From contig JAFUVV010000016.1 of NCBI GenBank assembly GCA_017477435.1, forward strand, positions 15,421 through 79,420: DNA of 64,000 nucleotides. Reading direction: 5' to 3'. Below are positions 58,206 to 64,000 of the stretch, piece after piece; positions within the stretch are counted from its first letter, which is position 1; the number at the start of each line of letters is the position of its first letter. The notes beneath the pieces were generated by a model. That model searched no databases and was not told the DNA's origin. It saw only the letters and a list, made by a program, of their open reading frames with translations. Source of the stretch: Prevotella sp. (GTDB lineage: Bacteria > Bacteroidota > Bacteroidia > Bacteroidales > Bacteroidaceae). Made by a program: the position numbers and the translations under genes.

Positions 58206-59663
58206 ATGACAAAAAACATATACAGAAAAGAAAAGAAAACATTAAACATGAAAGTGCAGTGGGCGAAGTTCATTGTCGTCCTCGCAATCTATCTGTTGTT
58301 CCTCTATTGGTTGAAGAGTTGGCTCGGACTCATCGTTGTTCCGTTTATCTTCGACGTGTATATCACCAAAAAGATACGCTGGCAGTGGTGGAAGGAAGCC
58401 GAGGGACCAGTGCGTTTCGTCATGTCGTGGGTCGATGCCATCGTCTTTGCTCTCGTGGCTGTCTACTTCATCAATCAGTTCTTCTTCCAGAACTACGTCA
58501 TCCCGTCAAGTTCGCTTGAGAAGTCGCTCCTTACTGGCGACTACCTCTTCGTGTCGAAGGTGAGCTACGGTCCTCGTATCCCGCAGACGCCTCTCACGAT
58601 GCCCCTTACCCAGCACACGCTGCCGCTGTTCAACTGCAAGTCGTACATCAGCTGGCCTCACTGGGACTATCGCCGCGTGAAGGGATTCGGCAATGTGAAG
58701 CTGAACGATATCGTCGTGTTCAACTATCCTGCCGGCGATACCATCTGTACGGAGCAGCCGTATCAGACGGAGTACTATAAAATGGTCTACGACTTCGGTC
58801 AGCAGATCTACGAGAAGAACTACCCGACGCCGGTGAACCCCGCCGATCTTAACCGTCAGCAGCAATACGACTACTACAAGATCGTCTATGCGATGGGTCG
58901 AAACTATATTGCCAACAATCCCCATGAGTATGGCGATATCAGTTCGCGTCCCACCGACCGTCGCGAGAACTACGTGAAGCGCTGCGTTGGACTGCCAGGC
59001 CAGACGCTCCAGGTGAAAGACCGCATCGTCTACCTCGACGGGAAACCAAATAAGGAACCCGACAACGTGCAGTACACTTATTATGTGAAACTGAAGCAGT
59101 ATATCCCCGACGACCTGATGCATGAGCTCGGCATCACGATGGAAGACCTCGCCAGCCTCAATTCCCGCGGCTACATGCCTCTCACGAAGCGTGCTGTCGA
59201 CGGACTGAAGGCACGTCCCGACATCGTGGAGAGCATCACGATAAACGAGAATGCCCCCGTCGGCGAGGTTTATCCGCGCAACGCCGTGACGGGATGGACA
59301 TGCGACAACTACGGACCCGTGTGGATACCAAAGAAAGGCGAGAGCATCGAACTGACGATGGACAACATCGCCGTCTATGAGCGTCCGATAAGGGTCTACG
59401 AAGGCAACGACCTCGAGGTGAAGAATGGTCAGATTTACATCAACGGACAGTTGGCAACCAAATACACCTTCAAGATGGACTACTACTGGATGATGGGCGA
59501 CAATCGCCACAACTCCGCCGACTCCCGCTATTGGGGATTTGTGCCCGAGGATCATGTGGTCGGAAAACCGATTTTCATCTGGTGGTCGCACGACAAGGAC
59601 CGTGCCGGAATAAAGGGAATACGCTGGAACCGACTGTTCAACATGGTAGACAACATAAAGTAG
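58206..59663 (+). CDS. lepB: Signal peptidase I
   Basis: IPSSSLEKSLLTGD (Ser), YVKRCVGLPG (Lys), GDNRHNSADSR; start may be 58248. Confidence 0.96.
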   Translation: MTKNIYRKEKKTLNMKVQWAKFIVVLAIYLLFLYWLKSWLGLIVVPFIFDVYITKKIRWQWWKEAEGPVRFVMSWVDAIVFALVAVYFINQFFFQNYVIPSSSLEKSLLTGDYLFVSKVSYGPRIPQTPLTMPLTQHTLPLFNCKSYISWPHWDYRRVKGFGNVKLNDIVVFNYPAGDTICTEQPYQTEYYKMVYDFGQQIYEKNYPTPVNPADLNRQQQYDYYKIVYAMGRNYIANNPHEYGDISSRPTDRRENYVKRCVGLPGQTLQVKDRIVYLDGKPNKEPDNVQYTYYVKLKQYIPDDLMHELGITMEDLASLNSRGYMPLTKRAVDGLKARPDIVESITINENAPVGEVYPRNAVTGWTCDNYGPVWIPKKGESIELTMDNIAVYERPIRVYEGNDLEVKNGQIYINGQLATKYTFKMDYYWMMGDNRHNSADSRYWGFVPEDHVVGKPIFIWWSHDKDRAGIKGIRWNRLFNMVDNIK

Positions 59664-59683
59664 TTTTTTCTTGCAAATAGTGT

Positions 59684-60097
59684 ATGCTCAATGCTCTGAA
59701 ATTCATAGTCTCGCTTGCTGTGGCAATAGTACTGATGCTCATTGTCAGAGCCTATGCATTCACTATCTGCACCACCACTTCCGACAATCTCATTCCCGGC
59801 CTTCGTCGCGGCGACAAGGTCTTCGTCAACCGGCTTCAGAAGAGTAGCGTCGGCCGTGGCGACCTTGTGGTCTTCGGCGACAGCGTGCTCAGCATATCCC
59901 GTGTGGCTGCCGTGGGTGGCGACACGATAGAGATAGGCGGCGAGAGCTTCATCGTCACCGACCATTGCAGCGACGGATGCGGCTGCGGGGCGTGCCGCAA
60001 CTATCTGCTTGCCTCCGATGCCGACTCGGTCATAGTCACCGGAAACGAGATAGTAGGGAAGGCATATCCCCTGAAGCTCAGGATGAAGAAGGAATAA
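59684..60097 (+). CDS. Degenerate S26 signal-peptidase-like protein, probably non-catalytic
   Basis: TM then TTSDNLIPGLRRGD, RGDLVVF, ISRVAAVGGD, EIVGKA. Confidence 0.8.
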   Translation: MLNALKFIVSLAVAIVLMLIVRAYAFTICTTTSDNLIPGLRRGDKVFVNRLQKSSVGRGDLVVFGDSVLSISRVAAVGGDTIEIGGESFIVTDHCSDGCGCGACRNYLLASDADSVIVTGNEIVGKAYPLKLRMKKE

Positions 60098-60125
60098 CGT
60101 CGGTCGTGAGATTATCATTTTGAGA

Positions 60126-60770
60126 ATGTCTGTCCAGCAAACCACAACATTCACTCTGCTCTCTACCACCTACTTCGGTCCTGTGCAGTGGTATCAGAAG
60201 CTCAATCGCGCTGTCACGGCGGTGATCGATGCCTCTGAGAACTTTCAGAAGCAGACCTACCGCAACCGTTGCATCGTTGCCTCGCCGTCGGGTCCTCTGG
60301 CGCTCACCGTGCCCGTGGAGCATGCCGGCTCGGCAACGTCGACGCCGGTGGGCGAGCTCCGCATCAGCGACCACGGCAACTGGCGGCACATCCACCAGAA
60401 AGCGCTCGAGTCGGCATATGGCGAGAGTCCATTCTACGACTACTACATCGACGATATTTCCCAATTCTATACACGGCGCTGGGAACGCCTTTTCGATTTC
60501 AACCTCGACATCATCCGTCTGATGTGCTCCCTGCTCGATATCGAGCCTGACATCCAAATCTCCACCGATTTCATCCGTCCCGACGAAGCCCTGTCGATGG
60601 GCTACGACGACCTGCGTAACACCATCACACCCAAGCACCCGAAGGCTGATCCCGACTTCTCGCCGGTGCCTTATTATCAGGTGTATCAGCAGCGCAACGG
60701 CTTCCTGCCAAACCTCAGCATCCTCGACCTGCTTTTCAATATGGGACCGGAAAGCATTTTCTTCCTCTGA
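60126..60770 (+). CDS. WbqC family protein
   Basis: STTYFGP, FQKQTYRNR, LESAYGESPF, YYQVY..GFLPNLSILDLLFNMGPE. Confidence 0.92.
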   Translation: MSVQQTTTFTLLSTTYFGPVQWYQKLNRAVTAVIDASENFQKQTYRNRCIVASPSGPLALTVPVEHAGSATSTPVGELRISDHGNWRHIHQKALESAYGESPFYDYYIDDISQFYTRRWERLFDFNLDIIRLMCSLLDIEPDIQISTDFIRPDEALSMGYDDLRNTITPKHPKADPDFSPVPYYQVYQQRNGFLPNLSILDLLFNMGPESIFFL

Positions 60771-60886
60771 AGCTCCATTATGTCATAAAAACAAACTTTT
60801 TTGTTGAAAAAAATGGGAAATCTTTTGTCATAAAAAAGAAAATGTGTAAAATTGCACTGGAAAATTCACTTTTAAACAAATAGACT

Positions 60887-61438
60887 ATGATTAAGAAACA
60901 TTTGAAAGTTGCAGCAATTCTTCTTTCTGCAACACTGCTGACAACCTCATGCGTAGGTTCTTTCGGATTGTTCAACAAGTTGGCTTCTTGGAACAAGGAA
61001 GCTACAGGTAGCAAGATCCTCAACGAGCTCATCTTCATCGTCATCGCGCCGGCTTATGCCGTTTGCTCTGTCGCCGATGTGTTTGTGCTCAACACCATCG
61101 AGTTCTGGACAGGCAGCAACCCCATGGCAAGCAATGTGGGCAAGACACAGCAAGTGAAGGGCCAGGATGGTCGCTACTATGCCGTGAAGACTCTCACCGA
61201 CGGTTATGAGATTACTGCTCCCGACGGCGACGTGCTCACATTTGTCTATGACAAGGCCAACGACTCATGGTCGAAGATCCAGAACGGCAAGACCACCGAG
61301 ATTCTTCGCTTCAACGAAGACGGCACTGTGAAGATGACTCTTCCCGCAGGCGAGACGATCGACGTTGCGCTCAACGATGCCGGCGTAAGCCAGGTGCGTG
61401 CAGCTGTTGCAACCGACAATTTCTGGGCAATGCGTTAA
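60887..61438 (+). CDS. DUF3332 family lipoprotein
   Basis: LTTSCVGSFGLFNKL..WN, ADVFVLNTIEFWTGSNP. Confidence 0.85.
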   Translation: MIKKHLKVAAILLSATLLTTSCVGSFGLFNKLASWNKEATGSKILNELIFIVIAPAYAVCSVADVFVLNTIEFWTGSNPMASNVGKTQQVKGQDGRYYAVKTLTDGYEITAPDGDVLTFVYDKANDSWSKIQNGKTTEILRFNEDGTVKMTLPAGETIDVALNDAGVSQVRAAVATDNFWAMR

Positions 61439-61462
61439 TCGCTTTTCAGCCCAACAACAGAC

Positions 61463-61500
61463 AGAGGGTCGGCGCTTCTCAATGCGCCGGCCCTCTTTGT
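61463..61500. terminator. Terminator between convergent genes
   Basis: AGAGGGTCGGCGC ... GCGCCGGCCCTCT plus TTG. Confidence 0.7.
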
Positions 61501-61536
61501 GTCTTATTCTGGAAGGGAAGCATACTTTTCCCGTCC

Positions 61537-62778
61537 TCACTTGAAAATCAGAGTGGTCAGTCTGTCGGGGTTGAACACGTCGCGGGCCACGCTCTGCAGG
61601 TCGTCGGCCGTGATGGCGTCGATGCGCTCAGCAAGCAGGGCGAAGTCCTTCTCACGCCCGAGGTGGAGATAGTCGTATGCAAAATCGAGCGTGGTGCTCT
61701 GGCGGTTGTCGCCAGCCACCTGCATCTGACCCTTCATCTGGCGCTTTGCTGCTTTCAGGCGAGTCTCGCTTACGGGCTCGTCCATCAGCCGGTCCATGTC
61801 TTTCCTGATGAGTCGCAGGCAGCGGTCTATGTCGTGATGGTCACACCCGAAGTAGGTGTACCATGCTCCGGCGTTGTCCCATGTCGACATCGAGCTCTCC
61901 ACGGAATACACCAGCCCGTGGCGTTCGCGGAGGTTGATGTTGAACAGTGCGTTCATTCCTGGTCCTCCCACCATGTTGTTCAGCAGGAAGAGTGGCAGCC
62001 GCCGGTCGTTGAACACGGTGTAGGTGCCTGTCGCCACTACGACGTGAGCCTGATGCGTGTCGCGTCGCTGCTCGATTGTCTCGCCTTGATGGGCTGTCGG
62101 TGTCAGCAGTTGCGCTGAGGCTGTCGGCTGTTCGGTTATTGGCGTGCTGCACGGATAGGCAGCCATCGCCTTTTCCATCTGTCTGACGATGAGCTGGAAG
62201 TTCACGTTGCCCGCGACGAAGAGTATCGTCTGCTCCGGGCGGTAGTTGCGTTGTGTGAATCGTCGTGCGTCGGTGCTTCCGAATCGTCTGACGCTCTCTG
62301 CTGTGCCGAGGATGTTGTGGCCCAGCGGGGCGTGCTCGAAGAGGATGTTGTCGATCTCGTCGTAGATCAGTTCGGCCGGTGAGTCGTTGTAGCTTTCTAT
62401 CTCGTCGCATATCACCTCCTTCTCGCGGTCGATTTCGCTGTCGGGATAGACGGAGTGGAACACGATGTCGGTGAGCAGGTCGATTGCTCTGAGGGCATGC
62501 TCGCGCGGCACGGCGGCGTGATAGACGGTGTCGGATTTGTTGGTGAACGCGTTCAGGTCGCCTCCGACGCTCTCCAGGCAGTTCAGTATGTGCCACGCCC
62601 GTCGTCGCGAGGTGCCTTTGAAGGTGGCGTGCTCGCAGAAGTGGGCAAGTCCTTCCTCGCCCTGCAGCTCGTCTCTGGCGCCGGCGGCGATACCGATACC
62701 GCAGTAGACCACGCCTCCGTCTTCCTGTCGATGGATTATCCGCATGCCGCATGGCAGCGTGTGAGTGTTGTATTTCAT
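61537..62778 (-). CDS. M16 family zinc peptidase
   Basis: GLAHFCEHATFKGT (HXXEH), LNAFT, LRERHGLVYSV. Confidence 0.93.
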   Translation of the reverse strand: MKYNTHTLPCGMRIIHRQEDGGVVYCGIGIAAGARDELQGEEGLAHFCEHATFKGTSRRRAWHILNCLESVGGDLNAFTNKSDTVYHAAVPREHALRAIDLLTDIVFHSVYPDSEIDREKEVICDEIESYNDSPAELIYDEIDNILFEHAPLGHNILGTAESVRRFGSTDARRFTQRNYRPEQTILFVAGNVNFQLIVRQMEKAMAAYPCSTPITEQPTASAQLLTPTAHQGETIEQRRDTHQAHVVVATGTYTVFNDRRLPLFLLNNMVGGPGMNALFNINLRERHGLVYSVESSMSTWDNAGAWYTYFGCDHHDIDRCLRLIRKDMDRLMDEPVSETRLKAAKRQMKGQMQVAGDNRQSTTLDFAYDYLHLGREKDFALLAERIDAITADDLQSVARDVFNPDRLTTLIFK

Positions 62779-62796
62779 ACTACATTTTTCTTCTTT

Positions 62797-63339
62797 CTAC
62801 CTCCCGATGAAATCGACGATTTTCATCATTTCTCCGACGTTTTCTGCTTTCTGGATATATCTGTGATAGTCGCCTCTCACGACGCCCCGTTGCTGCAGGT
62901 CGTCGAGCATGAGGAAGAGGCTGTTCCAGAATCCTTTCGCGTTGAGCACGACGATTGGTTTCTCGTGATAGCCTATAGTGTGGGAGGCCGCCATCGAGAA
63001 CAGTTCGTCGAGCGTGCCGATGCCTCCTGGCAGCACGATGGCCATGTCGCTCTGGGCGAGCATGAGCTCCTTGCGGTCGCTGAGGTTGTCGCATGGAATC
63101 ACCACGTCGACATAGTCCGACACGCGGCCGTTCTTCTCTATTATCCTCGGCACCACGCCGATCGTGCGTCCACCGGCGTTCTTCGCCGCGCGGGCGACGC
63201 ATTCCATCAGTCCCATGTTGCATCCGCCGAACACGATATCGTGCCTCCTCTCGGCAAGCCGGCGCCCAAGGTCGGCGGTGATAGTGAAGAAATCGGGGTC
63301 GATGTGCTCGTTGGCACTGCAGTAAACAGCTATCTTCAT
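62797..63339 (-). CDS. LOG family (TIGR00730) nucleotide phosphoribohydrolase
   Basis: Start MKIAVYC at 63339; RKELM, LPGGIGTLDE. Confidence 0.92.
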   Translation of the reverse strand: MKIAVYCSANEHIDPDFFTITADLGRRLAERRHDIVFGGCNMGLMECVARAAKNAGGRTIGVVPRIIEKNGRVSDYVDVVIPCDNLSDRKELMLAQSDMAIVLPGGIGTLDELFSMAASHTIGYHEKPIVVLNAKGFWNSLFLMLDDLQQRGVVRGDYHRYIQKAENVGEMMKIVDFIGR

Positions 63340-63430
63340 ACGTCTTTTCGGTTTGTGGCTGCGAAGATAAGTGTTTTCTCCGACATGAGCAAAAATACAT
63401 TCATTTTTCTCTTCCACGCTACTTCGCCGA

Positions 63431-63516
63431 CAGTACATGGGCCTTGTACTGCAAGTACATGGCCTTTGTACTGCGAGTACACGTGCTTTGTACTGCGAGT
63501 ACACGGGCTTTGTACT
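63431..63516. repeat. Array of four 22-bp palindromic units, GTAC variant
   Basis: Units at 63432, 63454, 63476, 63498; spacers TGGGCCT, TGGCCTT, CGTGCTT, CGGGCTT. Confidence 0.92.
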
Positions 63517-63597
63517 CCAAACAGTTAAAACCTATGCCGTTGCTTTGCGGTGTGCTCTTTTTTCATTACCTTTGCTGCCGATAAAAGATAATTAGCA

Positions 63598-64000
63598 TTG
63601 AAGACATTTGAAGAATTGGGCGTGACGTCAGAGATTCGCCGCGCCATTGAGGAGATGGGGTTCGTCAGTCCGATGCCCATCCAAGAGGAAGTCATACCCT
63701 ATCTGCTGGGCATCGGCAACGACGTGATTGCCCTCGCGCAGACGGGGACGGGCAAGACGGCAGCATTCGGTATTCCGCTGCTGCAGAAGATAGACGTCAG
63801 TAGCCGTCAGACGCAGGCAATAGTGATCAGTCCCACGCGGGAACTGTGTCTCCAGATAGCCGACGACCTGCGCGACTATTCGAAGTATATGACGGGGGTG
63901 AACATTGCCTGCGTGTATGGAGGAACGTCGATAGTCAACCAGATTCACGAGCTGCGCCATGGGGCACAGATCATCGTTGCCACCCCCGGGCGCCTGATCG
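63598..64000 (+). CDS. DEAD-box RNA helicase, 5' part, truncated by the window
   Basis: TTG start: MKTFEELG...GFVSPMPIQ (Q motif), AQTGTGKT, SPTRELC, ATPGRL. Confidence 0.93.
   Translation, partial: MKTFEELGVTSEIRRAIEEMGFVSPMPIQEEVIPYLLGIGNDVIALAQTGTGKTAAFGIPLLQKIDVSSRQTQAIVISPTRELCLQIADDLRDYSKYMTGVNIACVYGGTSIVNQIHELRHGAQIIVATPGRLI

Overview
Bacteroidales chromosome, most likely Prevotella-like, judged from gene content and TAnnTTTG promoters. Left third: the conserved mnmG-apt-uvrC-dtd-mazG-deoC / ispB / polA block. It carries two identical parS sites, so the window is probably origin-proximal, and a GH92/phosphoesterase/esterase cluster follows polA. Middle: sdh/frdCAB, an ECF-sigma/FecR/SusC/SusD locus followed by a Tat-exported FAD oxidoreductase and a GH2, an esterase cluster, dusB, a CobW GTPase, dprA and DUF2851. 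Right: a four-gene surface operon (PCMD lipoprotein, small OM beta-barrel, two calycin-like/PCMD/dockerin paralogs), GH43, dapB-WG repeat-lepB-degenerate lepB-wbqC, an M16 peptidase, LOG and a DEAD-box helicase. No rRNA, tRNA, CRISPR or transposase was recognised. The strongest unexplained signals are three. (1) Seven intergenic arrays share an exact 22-bp period and a 7-bp arm/7-bp spacer/7-bp arm palindrome, in three co-varying sequence variants with individually flipped spacers. (2) The dockerin-bearing surface operon has apparently swapped central domains. (3) An AT-rich gene remnant with an in-frame TAG sits beside large palindromes. All calls come from reading the sequence; no searches were run.
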